Made by a program: the position numbers and the translations under genes. A DNA stretch of 37,928 nt from IMG/VR virus record IMGVR_UViG_2703718774_000026; one strand, written 5' to 3'. The stretch comes from a virus. Taxonomy: Duplodnaviria > Heunggongvirae > Uroviricota > Caudoviricetes. The notes under the pieces were generated by a model. It made no database searches. It was not told the origin of the DNA and was given only the letters and a program-made list of their open reading frames with translations. This document shows positions 1 to 8,862 of this stretch, piece after piece (positions within the stretch are counted from its first letter, which is position 1; every line of letters begins with the position of its first letter).

Positions 1-1002
1 TTACCCTCTATTGTCAAAAGGGTTCAATTCAACAGCAGCCTCTAAATGACCTGGAGCAAAATGCGCATAACGCATAGTCATTTTTATATCGCTATGCCCC
101 AGTATTTTTTGCAACACAAGAATATTTCCGCCCCGCATCATAAAATGACTGGCAAACGTGTGACGTAGCACATGAGTTAATTGCCCATCAGGAAGCTCGA
201 TCTTCGCTCTCTTAATTGCAGCGTCAAAAGCCTCATAACATGGTGAAAATAGCGCTCCTCGTTTTTGAGGAAGCATAGCCTGCAATTGAGGTGAAATCGG
301 TACAGTGCGGTTCTTCTTTCCTTTAGTTTTAACAAATGTGATTCGACCGGGCAGTACTTGAGATTGCTTTAATCCTTCAGCTTCACTCCACCGAGCACCA
401 GTCGCAAGCCCAATACGGACAACAACCCCCAAATCTTTATTCCGTGACTCATCACACGCAATCAGAAGGCGTTCAATCTCATCTACATACAGAAACGCCA
501 GTTCCTTTTCTTCCTCACGAAACTTGCGAATACCAGTCAGGGGGTTTTCACCAGACCACTCCCCAAGGCGCTTCAGTTCGGCAAAAACAGCATGTAGATA
601 TGACTGCTCGCGATTAACGGTTGCTTCACTAAGTTTTTTCTTCCCCTTGGGATTCCATTCTCCTGATAGCCTTCTTTCCCGATAAGTAGCAAACATATTT
701 TTGTCAAACTGAGAAGCAAATGGATCCCCCAGCCTGGAACAAATCGCCTCAAGTTTGACTTTGCGCTCTGCACCAGAGGACAAGGTTTTACCGTACATCT
801 CAAACCAACGAGCAATCAACTCAGAAAGACGAGGACCAGAACCATCTTGAAACTCGTCTCCAACTCTACTATTCATTAAACGGCGCTCATAAGAGAGCGC
901 CTCACTTTTTGTCGCAAACTGTTTACGAATGCGTTTTCCCGATGCCCCGTAGGGATAACATTCGCAAAGCCATTTACCTGATGGAATCTTACGAACCGAC
1001 AT
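1..1002 (-). CDS. int: Phage integrase, tyrosine recombinase (P2 Int-like), 333 aa
   Basis: Full ORF with stop at nt 1-3. C-terminal catalytic region HTFASHFMMRGGNILVLQKILGHSDIKMTMRYAHF fits the tyrosine recombinase R..H..R..Y signature. Lies downstream of the repressor, as in P2. Confidence 0.9.
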   Translation of the reverse strand: MSVRKIPSGKWLCECYPYGASGKRIRKQFATKSEALSYERRLMNSRVGDEFQDGSGPRLSELIARWFEMYGKTLSSGAERKVKLEAICSRLGDPFASQFDKNMFATYRERRLSGEWNPKGKKKLSEATVNREQSYLHAVFAELKRLGEWSGENPLTGIRKFREEEKELAFLYVDEIERLLIACDESRNKDLGVVVRIGLATGARWSEAEGLKQSQVLPGRITFVKTKGKKNRTVPISPQLQAMLPQKRGALFSPCYEAFDAAIKRAKIELPDGQLTHVLRHTFASHFMMRGGNILVLQKILGHSDIKMTMRYAHFAPGHLEAAVELNPFDNRG

Positions 1003-1007
1003 TTTAG

Positions 1008-1355
1008 TTACTTATCACATAAATCAAATGCAGCCTTAGTGACATCCCCCAGACTCTTTTTTAACCCTGGGGCGGCATCATTATCTAGCCAAAATGGATT
1101 ATTGTTATCTAACGGTAACGCACCAAATGTTTTACCTTTTATTCGAGCTAAACCTGTAAGCGCATATAACTTATTATCGTCAAAATTCATCACATAAGGA
1201 TTACCATCAAGACACTGTAATTGAACCTCATCAGTATTAAATGGCCATACCCCATTGAAACTCTCACGTTCAATAGTTTTAAAAGGCATTGCGACGGCGG
1301 AAAAAGAAAACATAGATAAAAAAGTAACTAATAGTTGAACCTTTTTTACTTTCAT
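1008..1355 (-). CDS. Small secreted protein, 115 aa, co-oriented with repressor and int
   Basis: N-terminal signal-peptide-like segment MKVKKVQLLVTFLSMFSFSAVA; two Cys (mature region and near C-terminus); AT-rich codon usage unlike the phage backbone. No family assigned with confidence. Confidence 0.6.
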   Translation of the reverse strand: MKVKKVQLLVTFLSMFSFSAVAMPFKTIERESFNGVWPFNTDEVQLQCLDGNPYVMNFDDNKLYALTGLARIKGKTFGALPLDNNNPFWLDNDAAPGLKKSLGDVTKAAFDLCDK

Positions 1356-1384
1356 ATCATTACCTCAATTTAGCTCAAGTAAGA

Positions 1385-2035
1385 TTACAAATTAAAAAAC
1401 ACCCTAGAAATGGCACCGCCTACCAAAACCCCTACGCAGATAAAGAATATTATTTCTTTTGGATAAAGTCGGATTAATTCTGAAGCACGAAGTCGAACTT
1501 CTGGTAAGGCCGAACTCTCTGTGTGACTTGATGCCGATTGTTGCTCTAACCACGACAATGCAGACTGTAACTGAGAACGAGTAAGATCGTTTAAACGTCC
1601 TGTACCGAAATTGATATGGCAATACCGCAGAAGTTTTTGTCGAAGTCCACAGTCTTCACTGTTACGTAGTAATAAACTTACAAGAGTCTTACAGGCATCA
1701 TGATCTTTACATCGCTCAAGCATTGCATGCAGAAAACTCTCCGCTGTTTTATATTGATTTACTGTCATATCATCAATACCAGCTACACCAATCTCCGCAT
1801 GTACTTTTTGCCAAATAATAAACGCTTCAGTATTGCTAGCTTCTGCAATAGCAGCAACCAAGCTATTTAGCTCCTTACGCTGAGCCTTAAGCAAAGGGCG
1901 ATCGTCATCATCATTATTCGAAGGGATTGCGATATTGACGGTATGAGAACCATCATATCGCTCTATCTGAATATTCTTTTCGTGAAAATCACGCCCAGCA
2001 ACGCGATTGTTTGAACCGTTTGAGTTGACGGCCAT
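1385..2035 (-). CDS. Hypothetical protein, 216 aa, with C-terminal transmembrane anchor
   Basis: C-terminal hydrophobic stretch IIFFICVGVLVGGAISRVFF; N-terminus carries NNRVAGRDF, which echoes the repressor C-terminus NNRIAGRDY; RBS GGAGG upstream; AT-rich. Confidence 0.6.
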   Translation of the reverse strand: MAVNSNGSNNRVAGRDFHEKNIQIERYDGSHTVNIAIPSNNDDDDRPLLKAQRKELNSLVAAIAEASNTEAFIIWQKVHAEIGVAGIDDMTVNQYKTAESFLHAMLERCKDHDACKTLVSLLLRNSEDCGLRQKLLRYCHINFGTGRLNDLTRSQLQSALSWLEQQSASSHTESSALPEVRLRASELIRLYPKEIIFFICVGVLVGGAISRVFFNL

Positions 2036-2050
2036 GTCACCTCCCTACTA

Positions 2051-2455
2051 TCACCTACCCTTAGTTTCGTTATAGTCACGACCAGCGATACGGTTATTAC
2101 CACCAGAAATATTTAACTCACGTCCTGATGGCTGAGTTTCCTTTTCACTGATCGCACCTTTTAAAGCCCCGATCACCGCGTTTTTCACATCTAACGAAGC
2201 TGCTCGAAAGCGAGTAATCAACTCCTGCTCATCATCGTTATAAGTTTCAGGTGAGTGAATTCCCAACACAACATACTGAACATCAAGGCCAAAACGAGAC
2301 AGCGCTGCCAAATACGCAGCATCAGGAAAGCTATCTCCTTTCTCATATCTAAGCTGAGTTAGCTTTTTGACTCCACCAATGTCGCTCATGGCAACTTGAC
2401 TAAGTCCCAATCTTTCCCTTTCCTCACGCAACCGCTGACCAATATCATTTTTCAT
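2051..2455 (-). CDS. XRE-family HTH repressor (P2 C / 186 CI position), 134 aa
   Basis: N-terminal HTH QRLREERERLGLSQVAMSDIGGVKKLTQLRYEKG typical of XRE/Cro-CI regulators; divergent from the early operon; first gene of an operon ending in int. Confidence 0.8.
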   Translation of the reverse strand: MKNDIGQRLREERERLGLSQVAMSDIGGVKKLTQLRYEKGDSFPDAAYLAALSRFGLDVQYVVLGIHSPETYNDDEQELITRFRAASLDVKNAVIGALKGAISEKETQPSGRELNISGGNNRIAGRDYNETKGR

Positions 2456-2464
2456 ACAAAAACC

Positions 2465-2493
2465 TTGACAGGTATCTTTTTTGATACCAAAAT
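2465..2493 (+). promoter_or_regulatory. Candidate early promoter with overlapping operator palindrome
   Basis: TTGACA at 2465-2470, 17-bp spacer, CAAAAT at 2488-2493; perfect inverted repeat GGTATC-N6-GATACC at 2471-2488 inside the spacer, between the divergent repressor and early genes. Confidence 0.35.
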
Positions 2494-2530
2494 GATTTCA
2501 CGAGCTATTAGATGATCACAATATACCACT

Positions 2531-2737
2531 ATGAAACAAGTTCTTCACGATACCAGATCACGCATTCCGCGTAACACCGCCACAGGTCCAAGACTGGCAC
2601 TTCGGCTGTCCCTCGAGGAGCGAGCCGTCATTGATGAAATGGCAGCTAAAGAACAACGCTCATCCTCTAACATGGCGCGCATGATCTTCCTTCGCGGCCT
2701 AGAGCTAACCCAGAAAGAACAAAACAAATCTTCCTGA
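2531..2737 (+). CDS. Putative ribbon-helix-helix regulator, 68 aa, first early gene
   Basis: Pattern PRLALRLSLEERAVIDEMAAKEQ...NMARMIFLRGLEL fits a beta-strand plus two helices (CopG/Arc-like RHH); assigned by position and pattern only. Confidence 0.5.
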   Translation: MKQVLHDTRSRIPRNTATGPRLALRLSLEERAVIDEMAAKEQRSSSNMARMIFLRGLELTQKEQNKSS

Positions 2738-2753
2738 TCAGGAGGCTAGTGGG

Positions 2754-2957
2754 ATGTCAGGTATAACCATCAATATCAATGTGAATGCCCCCTATGTATC
2801 CCTGCAGAAATATGCAGAGATAACAGGTATCCCTCTTAATACATGCAAAAAGATGTTGGCTGACGGTCGAATTATTATCCGCCCCAAACGCGCCAAAATG
2901 GAAAAGCCTGAAGTAAACCTTGTGGCGATGTTAAAAGACGCTTTGGCTAACAGCTAA
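2754..2957 (+). CDS. Cox/Apl-like small DNA-binding protein, 67 aa
   Basis: APYVSLQKYAEITGIPLNTCKKMLADGRIIIRP resembles the P2 Cox helix region (IPYQEFAKLIGKSTGAVRRMIDKGKLPVI, recalled from memory); RBS GGAGG precedes the ATG. Confidence 0.5.
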   Translation: MSGITININVNAPYVSLQKYAEITGIPLNTCKKMLADGRIIIRPKRAKMEKPEVNLVAMLKDALANS

Positions 2958-2978
2958 AACAATGAACAGAGCATCATC

Positions 2979-3329
2979 ATGAAAAAAAACACTAATAATC
3001 CATACTCCAAATTTCGTAATGGCGTAGAACGCCATGTACACCACGTCGCTACCAGTGCATCACGTAGTAACAGCCGCTATAACCTGAACGAGACGCACGC
3101 AACACCAGATGGGCACGCTGTAAAACAAATCGGCGAACACACCTGGCTGATTGAGAAAGCTGGAATCGTGGTTCACAGATGCCCACACAATCCGTTTACC
3201 GGAAACCGCATTTTTGCATTAAGCAGCGGCGATAATCAGTTCGGGCAGGATTTCACATTGTACGAAGCACTACGCACAGTCGATCGTCTGCTTCGCGGGC
3301 AAAGTTTTATTAAACAGGCTGCTTTATAA
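2979..3329 (+). CDS. Hypothetical early protein, 116 aa
   Basis: Intact ORF in the tightly packed early operon; no recognisable motif. Confidence 0.5.
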   Translation: MKKNTNNPYSKFRNGVERHVHHVATSASRSNSRYNLNETHATPDGHAVKQIGEHTWLIEKAGIVVHRCPHNPFTGNRIFALSSGDNQFGQDFTLYEALRTVDRLLRGQSFIKQAAL

Positions 3330-3339
3330 CAGGTGCTTT

Positions 3340-3618
3340 ATGACTAAAGACCATGCACAAGGTGTATTTATCCGCTTTATTGATTTTCGCGGTGAACTGT
3401 TATTACGCGCATCAGCTATTGACGGAGTAGTTCCATCTGAAAAAAACGCAGCTACCTACGTTTATCTGAACGGTACACGCCTGACTGTAGAGCTTCCGTA
3501 CCAGATCATTCGCGAAATAATTAGCGAAGCCGAAAAATCTCGTCAGGTTAATGGCGATGAACCCTATATCGAGATTATCTGCATGGATTCAGAAGCTGAA
3601 ATTCAGAAAGCAGATTAA
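3340..3618 (+). CDS. Hypothetical early protein, 92 aa
   Basis: Intact ORF, same strand and packing as neighbours. Confidence 0.5.
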   Translation: MTKDHAQGVFIRFIDFRGELLLRASAIDGVVPSEKNAATYVYLNGTRLTVELPYQIIREIISEAEKSRQVNGDEPYIEIICMDSEAEIQKAD

Positions 3619-3629
3619 AGGGTGTTGCG

Positions 3630-3872
3630 ATGGATAAAGAATATAAAACTCTCATCAACAAAGCACTTGAGCGTTTTTATTTTCGTTTAAGCGCATCCGG
3701 CGCTCATTCAGAACGTGCAGCCCGTGACTCATTGACCAGGGCTATCCGGAGTCTGTATGACGTAGCTTTTTACGCTGACGATCTGGATGCACTTAATGAA
3801 CTTTCTGAGCTTATCTGCGCCGCAGAATGCGGGGAGCATATTGAGCCGTACAAACTGGGAAATATCGCATGA
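3630..3872 (+). CDS. Hypothetical early protein, 80 aa
   Basis: Intact ORF; stop overlaps the next start (ATGA at 3869-3872). Confidence 0.5.
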   Translation: MDKEYKTLINKALERFYFRLSASGAHSERAARDSLTRAIRSLYDVAFYADDLDALNELSELICAAECGEHIEPYKLGNIA

Positions 3873-3982
3873 GTATATTTATATCCTGGATTGTTCTTAT
3901 TATTTCGGTGGTTTGTGCAATTGGTATTATGCGAATTATTAATTCAGTAAAAAAGATTGAACGCTTTTTCACTGGCGAATAA
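3869..3982 (+). CDS. Small hydrophobic peptide, 37 aa (MSIFISWIVLIISVVCAIGIMRIINSVKKIERFFTGE)
   Basis: Translated by hand; absent from the ORF track because it is under 60 aa; start overlaps the upstream stop; single predicted transmembrane helix. Confidence 0.35.
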   Translation: MSIFISWIVLIISVVCAIGIMRIINSVKKIERFFTGE

Positions 3983-4068
3983 CCGCATAAATAAAACCCC
4001 AGCTTAAATAAAAAAATGTGAACACAATCTGCATTCGCAGAGGTATTCACACACACCAAGGAGGCGTA

Positions 4069-4272
4069 ATGGCAATTAAGCATTTTCCTGTCGTTCGTTT
4101 CACCTCCAGAGGACGTGAATACGAAGTCGACGAACGTCTGATTACCACAATCGACAAACACCGCTCAGAAAAGGATGCACACCACATCTATCTCACTGAC
4201 GGCACTTACTTTTGCGCCACTAATGTGGCGCGGGTGAATCTTATCCGACAGGTACAGGATCCACGCAAATGA
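4069..4272 (+). CDS. Hypothetical early protein, 67 aa
   Basis: ATG at 4069 preceded by AGGAGG, so the internal Met of ORF 4018..4272 is the likely start; stop overlaps the next start. Confidence 0.45.
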   Translation: MAIKHFPVVRFTSRGREYEVDERLITTIDKHRSEKDAHHIYLTDGTYFCATNVARVNLIRQVQDPRK

Positions 4273-4487
4273 GTAGGAGAAGAATCACTCGCAGACATCA
4301 CCGAACACACCTGAGTTCCTCAGCAACGCTAAAGGCACTTATTCAAAGCGAGATCGGTGATTTCTTCGCGGGAGTTGGCTCACCAGGCGAACCAGAAACA
4401 CCAGAAGCGATGCAGCGTGAGCTCATGATACGCATAGATAACACTTTTGATTTCTTCTACAGCATGCACGGAATTAAACAGAAATGA
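4269..4487 (+). CDS. Hypothetical early protein, 72 aa, basic N-terminus
   Basis: Intact ORF; N-terminus RRRITRRHHR is strongly basic. Confidence 0.45.
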   Translation: MSRRRITRRHHRTHLSSSATLKALIQSEIGDFFAGVGSPGEPETPEAMQRELMIRIDNTFDFFYSMHGIKQK

Positions 4488-4595
4488 ACCTCAAGCCAGC
4501 AATAACTACTCGTAGAACGTCAATTCCTGTAACCGACCGCTTCTGAGTTTTTTGGCAGGAAGCCTTCGCACATCTGTAGTAAAGAGAATTGCAGC

Positions 4596-4985
4596 ATGAT
4601 TGACGCTCATGACTTCACAAGATGGGTGCGCACACAGGACACCCGTCTGGCTCCCGTTCTTCAGGGATTATTTGATCTCTACATCCGTGGTCGTGACAAC
4701 AGAGCACGCACCACAAAACCGGAGAATGCAGACACCCTTTATTTCACAGTAGACGACTGCTACCGCGTGGACTTCACACCACACGGGCTGGCGTTGCACT
4801 GCCTGACACCACACGGCGAATCACTGCTGGCGTATTACGACTCCCCGGCCTCCATATTTGCGGCAATGCTGGCGCATCGCACTGCTGGCGGGTGTGCCTC
4901 GCTGAGTGAATACTCCGCTGAATTTAACCGCCTTTCCGCCCTCTTCTCACAGGAGTGGCAGCGCGTGACGGGATACCAGCCATGA
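4596..4985 (+). CDS. Hypothetical early protein, 129 aa, immediately upstream of A
   Basis: Stop overlaps the A start (ATGA at 4982-4985). Confidence 0.5.
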   Translation: MIDAHDFTRWVRTQDTRLAPVLQGLFDLYIRGRDNRARTTKPENADTLYFTVDDCYRVDFTPHGLALHCLTPHGESLLAYYDSPASIFAAMLAHRTAGGCASLSEYSAEFNRLSALFSQEWQRVTGYQP

Positions 4986-7822
4986 GTGCGTTTGCATGGA
5001 GCTGGAATGAACCACGGCCAGCCATTGATCCGGCCAGATTTACGGAGCGCAGGCAGGAAACTGAAACCGACCTGCAACGCGCCATCCGTTACTACCTTGA
5101 GGCAAACAAAAGGGCACAGGAAGAACAGGAAGCGAAGGAAGAAGCCTTTTTCGCACAATCCACCGTGGGTAAAAAACTCATGGCATCCCTTGAGGAAGCC
5201 GGACAGCGTGAAAAGCTGGCACAAAGCATCATCAGCAAGCGTCAGGCAACAGAACAAGACCCGGTGGCCCGTGCTTTTGCCACACTGAAGGTGCTTCCCG
5301 TTTATCTGCGTGAACCTCTGAGCCGCCACCTCTCTTTTCTGCGCAAGAAGCAGGAAGCCGATCGTCAGAAAGGCAAAAAGAGCTGGCAGGCTGAACGCTA
5401 CGCGCGCGGAACCCTGCGCAAAATATTCGAACGTCTGGACCGCACCGACAGCCGCTGGCTGACACCGGGCTATCGCTCCCTTGCCGGACGCGAACGCCTG
5501 GACGATTTGCTTTACCTGCCGCAGCTCAACAAACACCAGATACAGACGCTGGCCACCATGACGGCGGCGATGTTCAGTGGCACTTTTGAAAAACTCTGCG
5601 ATGGCTTTGGCGCGACCGATGGCGAGCTGACCATGGATGTAACGCTGAAGGCGTATCAGATGCTGGCCCGCATGGCGTTACACCTGCACGCTATGCCTCC
5701 ACATTATGACGCTCTGACAACAGACAAAGACCGGAGGAATGAACCGGACACGGAGCTGCTGCCGGGCGCAATCCTTCGCCTGACCTGTGCGGAATGGTGG
5801 AAACGCAAACTGTGGCTGTTACGTTGCGAGTGGAGAGAAGAACAACTCCGCGCCGCCTGTCTGGTTTCCAGAAAAACATCACCCTATCTGAGCCAGGACG
5901 CGTTAAGCGAGTTTCGCGCACAGCGCGAGAAAACACGCGATTTCCTGAAAAGTTTCATGCTGGAAAACGAAGACGGGTTCACGATTGATCTCGAGACAGT
6001 GTATTACGCGGGAGTAAGTAACCCGATTCACCGTAAGGCAGAAATGATGGCCACCATGAAGGGGCTGGAACTTCTGGCCGAAGCCCGTGGCGACAGAGCG
6101 GTGTTTCTGACTGTCACCTGCCCGTCAAAATACCACGCCACAACAGAGAACGGTCATCCGAATCCCAAATGGAACGGGGCCACCATGCGCGACTCCAGCG
6201 ATTACCTGGTTAACACGTTTTTTGCGGCGGTCCGCAAGAAACTGAACCGCGACGGCCTGCGCTGGTATGGCATCCGCACGGTGGAGCCTCACCATGACGG
6301 CACCGTGCACTGGCATATGATGGTCTTTGCTCATCCGGAAGAAATCGACACCATTGTGTCCCACACCCGCGATATTGCCATTCAGGAAGACCGCCACGAG
6401 CTGGGCAATGATATTACTCCGCGCTTTAAGGTGGAGTATGTCGACGGCTCAAAAGGCACGCCAACCAGCTACATCGCCACCTACATCGGAAAGAACCTGG
6501 ACAGCCGCGCCGTGGATGGCATCGACCCGAAAACGGGCAAGCCACGCGTTGACCACGAAACCGGAAAATCAATGGCCGAGAGCGTGGAACGCGCCATCGG
6601 CTGGGCACGCCTTCACCGGGTCCGCCAGTTCCAGTTCTTTGGCATCCCCTCCCGTCAGGTATGGCGTGAACTCCGCCGCCTTGCCAGCCAGATGGCACGC
6701 AACCCGGAAGGCCCACAACGGCTGAAGGATGATGCAATGGATGCGGTACTCGCTGCCGCTGATGCCGGGTGTTTTGCCACCTACATTGAGAAACAGGGCG
6801 GCGTACTTGTTCCACGCAAAGACTACCTGATTCGCACCGCCTACGACCTCGCAGATGAGCTGAACGATTACGGCGAACAGAGCGTACAGATTTACGGGAT
6901 CTGGTCACCACTCATCGGGGAATCCTCCCGTGTGTGCACGCACCCGGATAACTGGAAGCTGGTAAGACGTAAACCGGAAGCGGAAGACAGCACCCGCGAA
7001 AATGGTTTTGACCTTCAGGGCGGCCCTGCCGCCCCTTGGACTCGTGGCAATAACTGTCCCCGTGTACAGGAAACGGACAACAACGGGACAGAACAGCCGG
7101 AAGAAAGGCCAGCACCGTGGCCGCAGCTTCCTGACGGCGTTGACGTGAATGAATGGATGCGCTCACTGAAACGGCACGAACGCCGGGCGCTGATGCGTTC
7201 GCTGCGTGACAAACAGGCAAAAAACAGCAGTGATGAAATGCAGAACTGGACACAGAGCCGCAAACAGCCACGGCCTTTGCCTGATAATCACGAGTTACTC
7301 GCTAAAGAATGGCGGGAGTCTGCTGAATCTCTCGGCCTGCATATCGGTGAACAGCAGATGCAGCACCTGTTACGGGGCGGCAGTCTGTACGTTGACGGCA
7401 GCATCATTGCACCGCAGGGATTTGAAATTGTACGCAAACCAGATACCCGCCCGGACAGCCGAATCACGCAACTCTGGCAGCGCCTGAGCCGTAATCACGG
7501 CGTAAGCAGCACGGAGATCCGCCATAACCCGGTCGCCAGCTATCTGGAACAGCTGGGGGCATCAGACCCCGAAGCCGCCGCACACCTGGCATCCACACTT
7601 CAGCAGGACCAGAACACCATGAAAACCCCCGTTACCGTGCTTTCTGACATGCTGCGCGCCATCCGTGACGCAGTGCACGCACAGAGAATCAGTGAAACCA
7701 CTGAACGCGCCCACCGCAAAGCAGACCTGCTGCGGGGTAGCCTGACCAGTGGAAACAAAAAACAGACAGAAACGGGACTCACAAATCCCGTAAATGAGCA
7801 AAAAACGTGCCGCGATATATGA
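4982..7822 (+). CDS. A: Rolling-circle replication initiator, P2 gpA family, about 946 aa
   Basis: HUH-type motif TVHWHMMVF and paired tyrosines in TSYIATYIGKN; position after the early genes as in P2. An alternative in-frame start lies at 4955. The C-terminal third is Q/R/E-rich low complexity. Confidence 0.9.
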   Translation: MSAFAWSWNEPRPAIDPARFTERRQETETDLQRAIRYYLEANKRAQEEQEAKEEAFFAQSTVGKKLMASLEEAGQREKLAQSIISKRQATEQDPVARAFATLKVLPVYLREPLSRHLSFLRKKQEADRQKGKKSWQAERYARGTLRKIFERLDRTDSRWLTPGYRSLAGRERLDDLLYLPQLNKHQIQTLATMTAAMFSGTFEKLCDGFGATDGELTMDVTLKAYQMLARMALHLHAMPPHYDALTTDKDRRNEPDTELLPGAILRLTCAEWWKRKLWLLRCEWREEQLRAACLVSRKTSPYLSQDALSEFRAQREKTRDFLKSFMLENEDGFTIDLETVYYAGVSNPIHRKAEMMATMKGLELLAEARGDRAVFLTVTCPSKYHATTENGHPNPKWNGATMRDSSDYLVNTFFAAVRKKLNRDGLRWYGIRTVEPHHDGTVHWHMMVFAHPEEIDTIVSHTRDIAIQEDRHELGNDITPRFKVEYVDGSKGTPTSYIATYIGKNLDSRAVDGIDPKTGKPRVDHETGKSMAESVERAIGWARLHRVRQFQFFGIPSRQVWRELRRLASQMARNPEGPQRLKDDAMDAVLAAADAGCFATYIEKQGGVLVPRKDYLIRTAYDLADELNDYGEQSVQIYGIWSPLIGESSRVCTHPDNWKLVRRKPEAEDSTRENGFDLQGGPAAPWTRGNNCPRVQETDNNGTEQPEERPAPWPQLPDGVDVNEWMRSLKRHERRALMRSLRDKQAKNSSDEMQNWTQSRKQPRPLPDNHELLAKEWRESAESLGLHIGEQQMQHLLRGGSLYVDGSIIAPQGFEIVRKPDTRPDSRITQLWQRLSRNHGVSSTEIRHNPVASYLEQLGASDPEAAAHLASTLQQDQNTMKTPVTVLSDMLRAIRDAVHAQRISETTERAHRKADLLRGSLTSGNKKQTETGLTNPVNEQKTCRDI

Positions 7823-7898
7823 AGCGCGCACAAAACAGGCAAAAGCGGGATTTAAAAATCCTGTAACCGATTAATTAATCAACACAAGGAAAAGCGAC

Positions 7899-8858
7899 AT
7901 GAAAATTTGTATCGACGACGGCTCCACCAACATCAAGCTGGCATGGACTGAGAACGGCGAACGCCGCAACGCCATCAGCCCGAACAGCTTCAAGTCGGAA
8001 TGGTCTGCGCCGTTCGGTGGCACGCAGCCCGCGAACTACATGCTTGATGGCGTGCGCTATGGTTTTGATCCGGTCAGCGATCGCTTTGTCCAGACGACCG
8101 ACACGCAATACCAGTACAGCGATGTGAATATAATTGCCATTCATCACGCGCTGGTCAAATCAGGCATCACACCACAGGAAGTGGATGTGGTTGTCACCCT
8201 GCCACTGAGCGAGTATTTCGATACAAACGCACAGCCGGACATGGCCAACATCAACCGCAAAAAAGCGAACGTCATGCGCCCGGTGGAGTACCAGAACGGC
8301 GAAGCATTCACTATCCGTAACGTACGGGTTATGCCTGAATCCATTCCGGCTGGCTTTAAGGCACTGGCTGACATGAGTCCGTTTGAATCCCTGCTGATTG
8401 TGGATTTGGGCGGAACCACTCTGGATGTGGCAAAGGTTCAGGGGCAACTGGCAGGTATCAGCCAGGTGTTTTGCGATCCACACGTGGGCGTTTCTCTGAT
8501 GGCCGATGCCGTACTGTCGGTGATGGCCACTAACGGTATGCGCACCAGTCACCACATCGCCAATACCATTATCGAACATCGCCATGATGAAGCCTGGCTG
8601 CGCCAGCACATCCACAATGACGCGCATTACGCCAGCCTGATGGCGGTTATTCGTGAAAAGGAAGAAACACTGAAACAACGCGTGATCCGCGCGCTGGCGG
8701 GTTTTTCGGGTTACGGGCGGGTGATGGTTGTCGGTGGAGGGGCGGAGATTGTGGCACCCGCTATCCGCGAAGCCTGCGGAGTTAATGCGACTTTCATCGC
8801 GGACGGGGTGCCACAGTTTGCTCTGGTTAATGGGCTGTACGCAATGGACAAGGAGTAA
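7899..8858 (+). CDS. parM: ParM/StbA-family actin-like ATPase, 319 aa
   Basis: N-terminus MKICIDDGSTNIKLAW..ISPNSFK.EW and blocks YSDVNI.A.HHAL, VMPESIPAG, DLGGTT.D, GVSL, VGGGAE align with plasmid R1 ParM as recalled from memory. Confidence 0.85.
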   Translation: MKICIDDGSTNIKLAWTENGERRNAISPNSFKSEWSAPFGGTQPANYMLDGVRYGFDPVSDRFVQTTDTQYQYSDVNIIAIHHALVKSGITPQEVDVVVTLPLSEYFDTNAQPDMANINRKKANVMRPVEYQNGEAFTIRNVRVMPESIPAGFKALADMSPFESLLIVDLGGTTLDVAKVQGQLAGISQVFCDPHVGVSLMADAVLSVMATNGMRTSHHIANTIIEHRHDEAWLRQHIHNDAHYASLMAVIREKEETLKQRVIRALAGFSGYGRVMVVGGGAEIVAPAIREACGVNATFIADGVPQFALVNGLYAMDKE

Positions 8859-8862
8859 ACCA

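Noticed and set aside
4835-5536. 233-aa minus-strand ORF
   Set aside because: Antisense to the 5' part of gene A and to the upstream early gene; no support.
6125-7271. Minus-strand ORFs of 90, 161 and 119 aa and plus-strand ORFs of 132 and 93 aa overlapping gene A
   Set aside because: All lie inside the well-supported replication initiator gene in its GC-rich 3' half; Arg/Cys/Pro-rich shadow frames.
8160-8678. 172-aa minus-strand ORF
   Set aside because: Antisense to the parM-like gene, which has strong family-level support.
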